64,000 nucleotides of DNA from Squalus acanthias (Eukaryota), in NCBI GenBank assembly GCA_030390025.1, contig CM059432.1:106704001-106768000 (forward strand). Reading direction: 5' to 3'. A program made the position numbers and the translations under genes. Shown one piece after another: positions 14,145 to 26,373 of the stretch (positions are counted from its first letter, which is position 1; the number at the start of each line of letters is the position of its first letter). Below the pieces are notes generated by a model. It was not told where the DNA came from and searched no databases. It saw only the letters and a program-made list of their open reading frames with translations.

Positions 14145-14331
14145 AATGGCAGGGGGTTGGGAACCTGTGCAGGGAAACAGAGGAAAGGGAAGCAAGGATA
14201 GAAGCAAAAGACAGGAAGGAGAAAAGCAAAAGTGGAAGGCAGAGAAACCAAGGGTGTAAATCAAACAGGGCTACAGTAAATAATAATTCTAAAAGGACTA
14301 AGAGTGTTAAAAAAACAAGCCTGAAGGCTTT

Positions 14332-14991
14332 GGGCTGGATTTTGTCTTGGGGTCGGGTTGGGGTCATGTCATCCACATTTCGTGTTTTCCCCCCCCCCCC
14401 CCCCCGACTCCAGATTAATGTGGATGAATGATGCAATTTTCACTTAATTGGGCAATTAAGTTCCAGCATGTGGGAACCCATGAACTAATTCGTGGTTTCA
14501 GTCTGAAAGTCGCCTCTGATGATGTCATCATTGCTGACTGCCTGAGTGGACCTGAATAAGAGAGAGAGAGAGAGAATTTTTTTGCATCCAAGTCCTCTCA
14601 CAGCAAAGGCCATGCAGTCTCGACTTTGACACCTAATACTACTACCTTCATCACATCTCCGTTGCAATAGTGGACCTATACCTGATAGTCAGCTATCCAC
14701 TTGTGCTCCCGCCAGGTTTCACTGGAGTGTTTCACATCAGGCGTACTTCACGTCGGAAAAGGGTTAAACTAGCTAAAACGTTTCAAAATGGCATTACAGA
14801 GCCAATTTAGGGCTTGTTAAGGGCTTTAATGGCCTCTCCCGCCTCTTAGAGGCGGGACGGCGTCGAGAACACCGTGACTGATTTTGTCAAAATTGCGTGG
14901 AGGCGGGATGGGGTCGGGACCCCCGACCCCACAAATTTAACCCCCCCCACACCTCCAAACCTGACTCCATGGGTCATTCAAAATCCAGCCC
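14332..14991. mobile_element. Non-autonomous Harbinger (MITE), 660 bp
   Basis: 13-bp perfect TIR GGGCTGGATTTTG and TTT duplication; the left ~200 bp and right ~300 bp are homologous to the ends of 7977-12185. Confidence 0.93.
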
Positions 14992-17900
14992 TTTGTGTCT
15001 TCATGCGAGGAGCATTCGTAATAAGTTGGATGAATTAGCTGCGCAAATAGATGTAAACGGATATGATATAATTGGGATTACGGAGACATGGCTCCAGGGT
15101 GACCAAGGCTGGGAATTCAACATCCAGGGGTATTCAATATTCAGGAAGGACAGACAAAAAGGAAAAGGAGGTGGGGTAGCATTGCTGGTTAAAGAGGAGA
15201 TTAACACAATAGTAAGGAAGGATATTAGCTCTGATGATGTGGAGTCTGTATGGGTAGAGCTGAGAAATACCATGGGGCAGAAAACGTTAGTGGGAGTTGT
15301 ATACAGCCCCCCAAACAGTAATGCTGAGGTTGGGGATGGCATTAAACAGGAAATTAGAGACACGTGCAATAAGGGCACAGCAGTTATCATGGGTGACTTT
15401 AATCTACATATAGATTGGGCTAACCAAATTAGTAACAATACTGTGGAGGAGGAATTCCTAGAGTGTATACGGGATGGTTTCCTGGACCAGTATGTCGAGG
15501 AGCCAACTAGAGATCAGGCCATCTTAGACTGGGTATTATGTAATGAGAAAGGATTAATTAGCAATCTTGTTGTGCGAGGCCCCTTGGGGAGGAGCAATCA
15601 TAATATGATAGAATTCTTAATTAAGATGGCGAGTGAAGTAGTTGACTCAGAGACTAGGGTCCTGAATTTAAATAAAGGAAACTACGATGGTATGAGGCGC
15701 GAGTTGGCTAGGATGGATTGGGGAGCGTTACTTAAAGGGTTGACGGTGGATAGGCAATGGCAAACATTTAAAGATCGCATGGATGAACTACAGAATTTGT
15801 GCATCCCTGTTTGGCATAAAAATAAAACAAAAAAGGTGACTCAACCGTGGCTAACAAGGGAAATTAGGGATAGCATAAGATCCAAGGAGAGGACATATAA
15901 ATTGGCCAAAAAAGCAGAAAACCTGAGGATTGGGAGCAGTTTAGGATTCAGCAAAGGAGGGCAAAAGGATTAATTAAGAGGGGGAAAATAGAGTATGAGA
16001 GTAAGCTGGCAGGGAACATAAAAACTGACTGTAAAAGCTTCTATAGATATGTGAAGAGAAAAAGATTGGTGAAGTCAAGCGTAGGTCCCTTGCAGTCAGA
16101 ATCAGGGGAATTTATAATGGGGAACAAAGAAATGGCAGACCAATTAAATACGTACATTGGTTCTGTCTTCATAAAGGAGGACACAAATAAACTCCCAGAG
16201 ATGTCAGGGAACATAGGGTCTAATGCTAGGGAGGAATTGAATGAAATCAGTATTTGCAGGGAAATGGTGTTAGGGAAATTGACAGGATTGAAGGCTGATA
16301 AATTGCCAGGGCCTGATAATCTACATCCTAGGGTACTTAAGGAAGTGGCCCTAGAAATAGTAGACGCATTGCTGGTCATCTTTCAAAATTCTATAGACTG
16401 TGGAACAGTTCGCATGGATTGGAGGGTAGCTAATGTAACCCCACTATTTAAAAAAGGTGGTAGAGAAAAAACGGGGAATTATAGACCGGTAAGCCTGACA
16501 TCGGTAGTGGGCAAAATGCTAGAATCCATTATAAAAGATGTAATAGCAGAGCACTTGGAAAACAGTGACAGGATCGAACAAAGTCAACATGGATTTACAA
16601 AAGGTAAATTATGCCTGACTAATCTACTGGAATTTTTGAGGATGTAACTGGTAGAATAGATCAGGGAGAACCAGTGGATGTGGTGTATTTGGACTTTCAG
16701 AAGGCTTTCGATAAGGTCCCGCATAAGAGATTAGCGTGCAAAGTTAAAGCACATGGGATTGGGGGTAAGGTACTGATTTGGATAGAGAACTGGTTGGCAG
16801 ACAGGAAGCAAAGAGTTGGAATAAACTGGTCTTTTTCCGAGTGGCAGGCAGTGACTAGTGGGGTACCGCAGGGATCGGTGCTAGTACCCCAGCTATTCAC
16901 AATATATATTAATGATCCAGATGAGGGAACTAGATGTAATATCTCTAAGTTTGCAGACGACACAAAGCTGGGTGGGTGTGTGTGCTGTGAGGAGGATGCA
17001 GAGAAACTCCAGTATGATTTGGACAGGTTGGGTGATTGGGCAGATGCATGGCAGATGGAGTATAATGTGGATAAATGCGAGGTTATCCACTTTGGTGGCA
17101 AAAACAGGAAGACAAGATTATTATCTGAACGGCAATAGATTGGGAAAAGGGGAAGTGCAACGAGATCTGGGAGTCCTTGTGCACCAGTCGCTGAAGGTAA
17201 GCATGCAGGTGCAGCAGGCGGTTAAGAAGGCAAATGGTATGTTGGCCTTCATAGCGAGAGGATTCGAGTACAGGAGCAAGGATGTCTTGCTACAGTTGTA
17301 CAAGGCCTTGGTGAGACCACACCTTGAGTATTGTGTGCAGTTTTAGCCGCCTTATCTGAGGATGGATGTTCTTGCCATGGAGGGAGTGCAGCGAAGATTT
17401 ACCAGACTGATACCTGGGATGGCAGGAATGACGTATGAAGAGAGATTGGGTCGATTAGGCTTATATTCGCTAGAGTTTAGAATAATGAGAGGGGATCTCA
17501 TTGAAACTTATAAAATTCTAACAGGACTAGACAGACTAGATGCAGGAAGGATGTTCCCGATGGCCGGGGAGTCCAGAACCAGGGGTCACAGTCTAAGGAT
17601 AAGGGGTAAGCCATTTAGGACTGAGATGAGGAGGAATTTCTTCACCCAGAGAGTAGTGAACCTGTGGAATTCTCTACCACAGAAGGCAGTTGAGGCCAAT
17701 TCATTAAATATATTCAAGAAGGAGTTAGATATATTTCTTAAGGCTAAAGGGATCAAGGGATATGGGGAGAAAGCAGGGACAGGGTACTGAATTTGGATGA
17801 TCAGCCATGATCTCATTAAATGGCGGAGCAGGCTCGAGGGGCCGAATGGCCTACTCCTGCTCCTATCTTCTATGCTTCTATTAAAATCGCCCATGGTTAT

Positions 17901-18481
17901 TGCAGTACCTTTCTTACAAGCCGCCATTATTTATTGATTTATACTCTGTCCTGCAGTGTAGCTACTGTTAGGGGGCCTATAGACTACTCCCACCAGTGAC
18001 TTCTTTCCCTTATTATTTCTTATCTCCACCCAAACTGATTCTACATCTTCATCTTCTGAGCCAATACCATTTCTCACTACTGCACTGATCGCATCCTTTA
18101 TTAACAGAGCTACCCCACCTCCTTTTCCTTTCTGCCTATCCTTCCAAAATGTCTCATACCCCTGAATATTCACTTGGTCACCTTGCAACCATGTCTCTGT
18201 AATGGCTATCAGATCATACCCATGTATTTCTATTTGTGCCGTCTAGTCATCTATCTTGTTATGAATGCTGCGTGCATTCAGATAAAGAGCTTTTAATTTA
18301 GTCTTTTTACCATTTTTCCCGACTCTAACACTACTTTCTGATGCATTCTTATGTTTATACGCTCTGTCCCTTCCTGTCACACTCTGGTTATCATTACCCC
18401 TATCTCTACCCTGCACTAATTCCTTCTCCTTTATCTTTGACTTTTTAAATTTCCCCTCACCTGAACCCTCCCCCCTACTAT

Positions 18482-19435
18482 TTAGTTTAAAGCCCTATCT
18501 ACAGCCCCAGTTATTCGATTCGGCAGGACACTGGTCCCAGCATGGTTCAAGTGAAGCCTGTCCCAACGGAACAACTCCCACTTTCCCCGGTACTGGTGCC
18601 AGTGCCCCATGAATCGAAACCCATTTCTCCCACACCAATGTTTGAGCCACGCATTCATCTCTCTGATCTTATTTACCCTATGCCAATTTGCTTGTGGCTC
18701 AGGTAGTAATCCAGAGATTACCTTTGTGGTTCTGCTTTTTAATTTAGTCCCTAGCTGCTCATACTCCCTCAGCCGACCCTCTTTCTTTGTCCTACCGATG
18801 TCGTTGGTACCTACGTGGACCACGACAACTGGATCTTTCCCCTCCCACTCCAAGTTCCTCTCCAGCCCAGAGAAGATGTCTTTAACCCTGGCACCGGGCA
18901 GGCAACACAGCCTTCGGGACTCAAGCTCTCGGCTGCAGAAAACAGTATCTATCCCCCTAACTGTACTGTCCCCTACCACTACAACATTTCTTTTTACTCC
19001 CCCAACTTGAATGGCCCCCTGTACCACACTGCTGTGGTCAGTGTGCTCATCCACCCTGCAGTCCCTGCTCTTGTCCACACAGGGAGCAAGTACCTCCTAC
19101 CTGTTGGACAAGTGCAAGGGCTGAGGCTCCTCCAGTGCTACCTTGTGGATCCCCATACCTGCCTCACTCGATGTCACACCCTCCTGTCCCTGACCACGGA
19201 CCAAATTTGAAGTATTTATCCTAAGGGGTGTGACTGCCTCCTGGAACACAGTGTCAAGGTAACTCCCACCTTCACTGATATATCGCAGTGTCTGAAGCTC
19301 GGACTCCAGCTCATCAACTCTGAGTCGAAGTTTCTCGAGCTGCAGACACTTACTGCAGATGTGGTCGTTGTGGATCACACTGGTCTCCACCAGCTCCCAC
19401 ATGCTACAGCTGCAACAGATTGCCTGCCCTGCCAT
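18482..19435 (-). pseudogene. CR1 ORF1: zinc finger / leucine zipper plus SGNH esterase, one in-frame stop at 19097
   Basis: CCSCSMWE..CSKC..LRLRVDELESEL; VVVGDS, CLPGA, VHVGTND, DRLHLN. Ends GCT TTA AAC TAA. Confidence 0.88.
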
Positions 19436-19671
19436 CTCTATTGTATTTTAAGTAATTAGGTTTTCAAGTTTTGAAATTTCAATTATCTATGTATAGTTTT
19501 TAATCTGTAATCACTGCTCTTAATTTAAACCAATGCCCAAGTTTAGAAAAAAAGAGCAATACTCACCAACCAATCACTTACCTGCTTTCCTGTGATATCA
19601 CACTTTGATTTCCCGCCCCCCCCCCCCCCCCCCTCAGGTCCTTCGTTGTTGTTTTCTTTTTATCCCCCCCG

Positions 19672-21190
19672 CTGGTCCCACTCTCGCTCCGCTCTCGGGC
19701 CTCGGGTCACTGGTCCCGCTCTCGCTGTGCTCTCGGGCCTCGGGTCACTGGTCCCACTCTCGCTGGGCTCTCGGGCCTCGGGTCACTGGTCCCGCTCTCG
19801 CTGTGCTCTCGGGTCGTCGCTGGTCCCACTCTCCCCGTGCTCTCGGGCCTCGGGTCACTGGTCCCGCTCTCGCTGTGCTCTCGGGCCTCGGGTCGCTAGT
19901 CCCGCTCTCGCTGTGCTCTCGAGCCTCGGGTCGCTGGTCCCACTCTCGCTGTGCTCTCGGGCCTCGGGTCACTGGTCCCGCTCTCGCTGTGCCCTCGGGC
20001 CTCGGGTCACTGGTCCCACTCTCGCTGTGCTCTCGGGCCTCGGGTCACTGGTCCCGCTCTCGCTGGGCTCTCGGGCCTCGGGTCACTGGTCCCGCTCTCG
20101 CTGTGCCCTCGGGCCTCGGGTCACTGGTCCCACTCTCGCTGTGCTCTCGGGCCTCGGGTCACTGGTCCCGCTCTCGCTGGGCTCTCGGGCCTCGGGTCAC
20201 TGGTCCCGCTCTCGCTGTGCTCTCGGGCCTCGGGTCACTGGTCCCGCTCTCGCTGTGCTCTCGGGCCTCGGGTCACTGGTCCCACTCTCGCTCCGCTCTC
20301 GGGCCTCGGGTCACTGGTCCCGCTCTCACTGTGCTCTCGGGCCTCGGGTCACTGGTCCCGCTCTCGCTGTGCTCTCGGGCCTCGGGTCACTGGTCCCGCT
20401 CTCGCTGTGCTCTCGGGCCTCGGGTCACTGGTCCCACTCTCGCTGTGCTCTCGGGCCTCGGGTCGTCACTGGTCCCACTCTCGCTGTGCTCTCGGGCCTC
20501 GGGTCACTGGTCCCACTCTCGCTGTGCTCTCGGGCCTCGGGTCGTCGCTGGTCCCGCTCTCGCTGGGCTCTCGGGCCTCGGGTCACTGGTCCCGCTCTCG
20601 CTGTGCTCTCGGGCCTCGGGTCACTGGTCCCACTCTCGCTCCGCTCTCGGGCCTCAGGTCGCTGGTCCCGCTCTCGCTGGGCTCTCGGGCCTCGGGTCAC
20701 TGGTCCCGCTCTCGCTCCGCTCTCGGGCCTCGGGTCGCTGGTCCCACTCTCGCTCCGCTCTCGGGCCTCGGGTCACTGGTCCCACTCTCGCTCCGCTCTC
20801 GGGCCTCGGGTCACTGGTCCCACTCTCGCTCCGCTCTCGGGCCTCGGGTCACTGGTCCCGCTCTCGCTCCGCTCTCGGGCCTCGGGTCGCTGGTCCCGCT
20901 CTCGCTGTGCTCTCGGGCCTCGGGTCACTGGTCCCGCTCTCGCTGTGCTCTCGGGCCTCGGGTCACTGGTCCCACTCTCGCTGGGCTCTCGGGCCTCGGG
21001 TCACTGGTCCCGCTCTCGCTGTGCTCTCGGGCCTCGGGTCGCTGGTCCCACTCTCGGGCCTCGGGCCTCGGGTCACTGGTCCCACTCTCGCTCCGCTCTC
21101 GGGCCTCGGGTCACTGGTCCCGCTCTCGCTGTGCTCTCGGGTCGTCGCTGGTCCCGCTCTCGCTGTGCTCTCGGGCCTCGGGTCGTCGCT
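19672..21190. repeat. CpG-rich 38-bp tandem array, about 40 copies
   Basis: Unit ctggtcccRctctcgctgtgctctcgggcctcgggtca with tgt/ggg/ccg variants; flanked by ttttatcccc..gctggtcc on both sides. Confidence 0.95.
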
Positions 21191-22041
21191 CCTTTTATCC
21201 CCGCTGCTGGTCCTGCTTTCGTTGAACGAGACTGTTTGCAACCTTGGTGTCATATTTGACCCCAAAATGAGCTTCCGACCACATATCCGCGCCATCGCTG
21301 AGACTGCCTATTTCCACCTCCGGAATATCGCTCGACTCCGACCGTGCATCAGCTCAACTGCTGCTGAAACCCTTATCCATGCCTTTGTTACCTCTAGACG
21401 ACTATTCCAATGCTCTCCTGGCCGGCTCCCACGTTCTACCCTCTGTAAACTTGAGGTCATTCAAAACTCTGCTGCCCGCGTACTAACTTGCACCAAATCC
21501 CGTTCACCCATCACCCCTGTGCTCGCTGACCTACATTGGCTCCCGGTTTAGCAACACCTCGATTTTATAATCCTCATCCTTGGTTTCAAATGCTTTCATG
21601 GCCACGTCCTTCCCTGTCTCGGTAATCTCCAGCCCCACAAACCTCCAAGATATCTGCGCTCCTCTAATTCTGGCCTCTTGAGCATCCCCGATTTTAATTG
21701 CTCAACTATTGGTGGCCATGCCTTCATCTGCCAAGGCCCTAAGCTCTGGAATCCCCTCCTTAAACCGCTCCGCCTCGCTACCTCTCTTTCCTCCTTTAAG
21801 ACACTCCTTAAAACCTACCTCTTTGACCAAGTTTTTGGTCACCTGCCCTAATATTTCCTTATGTGGCTTGGTGTCAGATTTTGTTTTATAACGCTTCTGT
21901 GTAGCGCCTTGGGACATTTTACGACGTAAAAGGCGCTATATAAATACAAGTTGTTGTTATTGCTCAACATCTGTTTTTGTTCTTGCGAAGTGCCTTCAGA
22001 AGTTTACCAAGTCATAGGTGCTGTATATTACGTATAGTAAC

Positions 22042-22252
22042 CTAGTGATTATGGTACTGGTTTAGCAACCCAACGTAGCAAGGTGTGAGATTGAATTCAA
22101 TAATTCTGGTAATTTGTGGGCTAGCACCAGCGAAATGACCGTGTAAGCTGCCTGATTGTAATAAAAACTCAACTGGTTCACTGATGTCCTTCAGGGAAGG
22201 ACAACATGTGGTTGACTCTTGATGTCCTCTGAAGTATCCTAGCAAGCCACTC
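22042..22252 (+). mobile_element. Degenerate tRNA-head SINE or Zenon-like LINE 5' fragment
   Basis: ctggttcactgatgtccttcagggaagga..tggttgactctt..aagccactc matches 63106-63400 and the reverse complement of 52921-53228. Confidence 0.7.
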
Positions 22253-22459
22253 GGTGGTGACACCAGGGCAGTGCTTGCATCCTGGGAGCAAAGGAAATTT
22301 TAGCAAGTATGCCAAGCCAAAGAGCCATTTAAAAGCGGGCCCCCCTGTCCTTTGTTGAAGTAGATACAGTACAACTATTCTTCTGAAGGATAAGTTGCCT
22401 GCAGTTTGGGAAAGTACAATCTGGCTAATCAAATTGACATTTTGGAATTTGTCTTCTGT

Positions 22460-23255
22460 TTCTCTCTCATTCCTCCCTCCAAATTCTATGTTATAATAGC
22501 CCTTTGTGTGGGGAAAAAAATCATCTAACTTTCCGCTTCATCCTTCTAATAATAATCTTGCCTCTGATTTACCAATCAGTAGAAACGATATTTCATTATT
22601 TATCCTTCTATAATTTTGAAAACCTCTATTAGGTTCCTCTTAACCTCAAAGTTCCAGTGAAAAATACCCACATTTATCAACCTTTTCTTAACTAAAACCT
22701 CTCCTTCCTAGTATCACTTGAGAATCTTTGCCATACCCTTTCCATGATTATAATATTCTGCCTATAATGGGGTGTCCAGAACTGCTAACAATTCTCCAAC
22801 TGTAACCTAAACGATGTCTTATACAAATTCAACATTATTTCCTTTTACATTCCGTAGTCCTTTTTATAAAATACAATATAATTTGCCTTTTTATGGCCTC
22901 TACTACCTGCACTCTCACATTTTAATAATCTTTGTATCTGCACCCCTTGAGTTTTTCCTTCCTCCACTCTGAGTCTGATTATTTAGGTTGTATGTCCTTT
23001 TAAGTATTCTTTTTCCCAGAATATACTACTTCATGTTTCTGTGCATTGAACCTGTCTGACCATTCCACTAACCTGTCTGACCACTCCACTAACCTGTCTG
23101 ACCACTCCACTAACCTGTCTGACCACTCCACTAACCTGTCTGAGTCCTCCTGTATGCCACCTTGTAGTTTGATGTGCCCCTAATTTGTTGTTATCAGTAA
23201 ACTTTGATATTGGTCTTGTGCCGATATCCAAATCATTTCTATAATTAGAAAACAA
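22460..23255 (-). mobile_element. Old degenerate CR1 fragment
   Basis: NDLDIGT..ISKFTDNNKLG remnant of the RT FADD region and tgtccagaactg remnant of the QFW motif. Confidence 0.6.
23049..23142. repeat. 21-bp tandem repeat, about 4.5 copies
   Basis: aacctgtctgaccactccact repeated, inside the old CR1. Confidence 0.9.
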
Positions 23256-23404
23256 AAGAGATCTCTGTAGAGATTCTTGGGTTTAAAAATAAAATTGAAG
23301 AAGCCACCTGCTGCTCTCAGGGGAAAAGTCATGCAAATATACAGTGATTCTTTCTAATCTACCTAGAAAATTTTGATTGGAATAACATGCTTTATTTGAG
23401 GTGT

Positions 23405-26373
23405 CATTCTCTCGTTTCCCTCCTATCTCCCCTCATGCCCTCTCTGAGCTCATCTTGTCCATGAGACCCATCTCCTGATCTCTCGACTCTATTTCCACTA
23501 AATTGCTGACCACCTAACTTACCTTCCTGGTCCCCATACTAGCTGATGTTACAAACTGAACCCACTCCTCAGGTACTGCCCCCCCCCCCCCCCCACTGCT
23601 TTCAAATCTGCCGGCATCACCTCCCTGCTTACAAAACTCACCCTTGAGCCCTCTGTCCTTGCAAACTGCCGCCCCATCTTCAACCTCCCTTTCCTCTCAA
23701 GTCCTTGAATGTGTTGTAGTCTGCCAAATCAGCGGCCATCTTTCCTGCAACTCCATTTCTGAACCTTTCCAATCAGGAGCTGCACTATCCTCCCTAATCT
23801 CTCTCGACCTCTCTGCAGCCATTGACATGATCGATCATGTCATCCTCTTCCAACGCCTCTTCTCTGTTGTCCAGCTGCGTGGGACTGTTCTCGCCTGCTT
23901 CCACTCTTGCTTATCCAGTCATAGCCAGAGAATCTCCTGCAATAGCTTCTCTTCCTGCCCCTGCACTGTTACCCCAAGGATCTATCCTTGGCCCCCTCCT
24001 ATTTCACATCTACATGCTGCCCATCAGCGCCATAATCTGAAGACATAATGTCAGGTTCTGCACGTGTGCTGATGACGCCCAGCTCAACCTCTCTTGACCC
24101 CTTCACTGCCTCTGCATTGTCAACCTGCTTGTCCGACATCCAGTCCTGGATAAGCCGCAGTTTCCTCCAATTGAACACTGGGAAGACCAAAGCCATTGTC
24201 TTTGGTCCCCGCCACAAACTCTGCTCCCTTGTCAACGATTTCACCCTTCCTGGCCACTGTCTCACATTGAACCAGGCTGTCCGCAACTTCAGCGTCATAT
24301 TCCATCCTGAGCTGAGCTTCTGACCCCATATCCGCTCCATCACAAAGACCGCCTAATTCCACCTCTGTAACGTTGCCTGACTTCGCCCCTGTCTCAGCTC
24401 ATCTGCTGCTGAAACCCTCATCATTGCCTTTTTTACTTCCAGACTCGACTATTCCAATCCTGTCCTTGCTGGCCCTCCACAAACTTGAGCTCATCCAAAC
24501 TCTGCTGCCATTTCCTATCCTGTACCAAATTCTGCTCACCTGTGCTCGCTAACCTACATTGACTCCCGGTCTACCAATGCCTCAAATTTTAAATTTTCAC
24601 CCTCGTGTTCAAATCACTCCATGGCCTTGCCCTTGCCCATCTCTGTAACCTCCTCCAGCCCTCCAAGAACTCTGCGTTCCTCCAACTCTGGCCTCTTATG
24701 CATCCCCTACTCCCTTCGCCCCACCATTGAACATAATAAATAGGAGCAGGAGTAGGCCTGGTCCGCCATTCAATAAGATCATGGCTGATCTTCTACCTCA
24801 TCTCCACTTTCCTGCACTATCCTCATATCCCTTGATTCCCTTAATATTCAAAAATCTATCGATCTCTGTCTTGAATATACTCAACGACTGAGCCTCCACA
24901 GCCCTGTGGGGTAGAGAATTCCAAAGAGTCACCGCCCTCTGAGTGAAGAAATTTCTCCTCATCTCAGTCCTAAATGACCGACCCCTTATTCTGAGACTGT
25001 GACCCCTGGTTCTAGACTCCCCAGCCAGGGGAAACATCCTCCCTGCATCTACCCTGTCAAGCCCTGTAAGAATTTTGTATGTTTCAATGAGGTCACCTCT
25101 CATTCTTCTAAACTCCAGAGAATATAGGCCGAGTCTACTCAATCTCTCCTCATAGGACAATCCCTCCGTCCCAGGAACCAGTCTGGTGAACCTTCGTGGC
25201 ACTCCCTCTATGGCAAGCGTATCCTTCCTTAGGTAAGGAGACCAAAACTGTACACAGTACTCCAGGTGTGGTCTCACTAAGGCCCAATATAATTGCAGTA
25301 AGACATCTTCACTCTTATACTCAAATCCTCTTGTAATAAAGGCCAACATACCATTTGCTTTCCTAATTGCTTGCTGTACCTGCATGTTAACTTTCAGTGA
25401 TTCGTGTACAAGGACACCCAGGTCCCTCTGAACACCAACATTCCCAGTCTCTCACCATTTTAAAAAATACACTGCTTTTCTATTTTATCTACCAAAGTGG
25501 ATAACTTCACATTTCTCCACATTATATTCAATTTGCCATGTTCTTGCCCACTCACTTAGCCTGTCTATATTCCCTTGAAACCTCTTTGCATCCTCCTCAC
25601 AACTTACATTCCCACCCAGCTTTGTATCATCAGCAAACTTAAATATATTACATTTGGTCCCCTCATCCAAATCATTGATGTAGATTGTGAATAGCTGAGG
25701 CCCAAGCACTGATCCTTGCGGTACTCCACTAGTTACAGCCTGCCGACCCGAAAATGACCCGTTTATTCCTACGCTCTGTTTTCTGTCCATTAACCAATCC
25801 TCAATCCATGGTAGTATATTACCCCCAATCCCATGAGCCCTAATTTTGTTTAATAACCTCTTGTGTGGCACCTTATCGAATGCCTTCTGAAATCCAATTC
25901 ACCACATCCACTGGTTCCCCGTTATCTATTCTGCTAGTTACAACCTCAAAAAATTCTAACAGATTTGTCAAACACGATTTCCCTTTCATAAATCCGTGTT
26001 GACTCTGCCCAATCCTATTATTATTTTCTAAGTGCCATGTTACCACGTCCTTAATAATAGATTCCAGCATTTTCCCCACTACTGATGTCAGGCTAACTGG
26101 TCTGTAGTTCCCAGTTATATCTCTCCCTCCTTTCTTAAATAGTGGGGTTACATTGACATTGGTGCCTTCAGTTGTTTAGGCCCCATGCTCTGAAATTGCC
26201 TCTCTAAACTTCCGCCTCTCCTTGTAGGCCCTCCTTAAAGCCTACCTCTTTTGACCAAGCTTTTGGTCACTTTTCCTAATATCTCTGTCTTTGGCTCGGT
26301 GTCAATTTTTGTGTGAAGTGCCTAGGGGCGTTTTCTTACGTTAAAGGCGCTATATAAATGCAAGTTGTTGTTG
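23405..26373 (+). mobile_element. L2 LINE split by CR1 (pieces 23405-24729 and about 26157-26373)
   Basis: LDLSAA.D.IDH, PQGSILGP, LQLNTGKT; ends aaggcgctatataaatgcaagttgttgttg. Confidence 0.82.
24730..26152 (-). mobile_element. 5'-truncated CR1
   Basis: RT ORF pieces (SQHGFMKGKSCLTNL, FADD, RPHLEYCVQFW) and a CR1 3' tail at 24730. Confidence 0.9.

Larger units (their letters stand above)
13762..17879 (+). mobile_element. CR1 LINE copy B, 5'-truncated in ORF1, nested in copy A
   Basis: Starts at VVVHIGTND (ORF1 esterase); endonuclease and RT with several frameshifts or stops; 3' tail tcttctatgcttct. Copy A resumes at 17880. Confidence 0.92.
7104..21220 (-). mobile_element. CR1 LINE copy A, apparently full length (pieces 7104-7976, 12189-13761, 17880-21220)
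   Basis: 3' tail at 7104; RT and endonuclease fragments; ORF1; 5' UTR with tandem array. The sequence is continuous across the two insertions. Confidence 0.9.
5855..21958 (+). mobile_element. L2 LINE split by a CR1 insertion (pieces 5855-7103 and 21221-21958)
   Basis: QSGFRPCHNTETAL and FHMYADDTQLY on the left; resumes as LGVIFDPKMSF on the right. The junction gctgaac/gttgaac matches the uninterrupted L2 sequence at about 48740-48790. Confidence 0.88.

Noticed and set aside
15001..17303. Recurrent antisense ORFs over CR1 (also at 45020, 45699, 56076, 57009)
   Set aside because: Shadow frames of CR1 ORF2; they recur because the repeats are homologous.
19672..21190. CRISPR-like array
   Set aside because: Units are contiguous with no unique spacers, there are no cas genes, and the context is eukaryotic.
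19592..21551. Long ORFs of 424-648 aa in all three + frames
   Set aside because: Artefact of the 38-bp repeat, which has no + strand stops; the tail of the longest ORF is L2 sequence.
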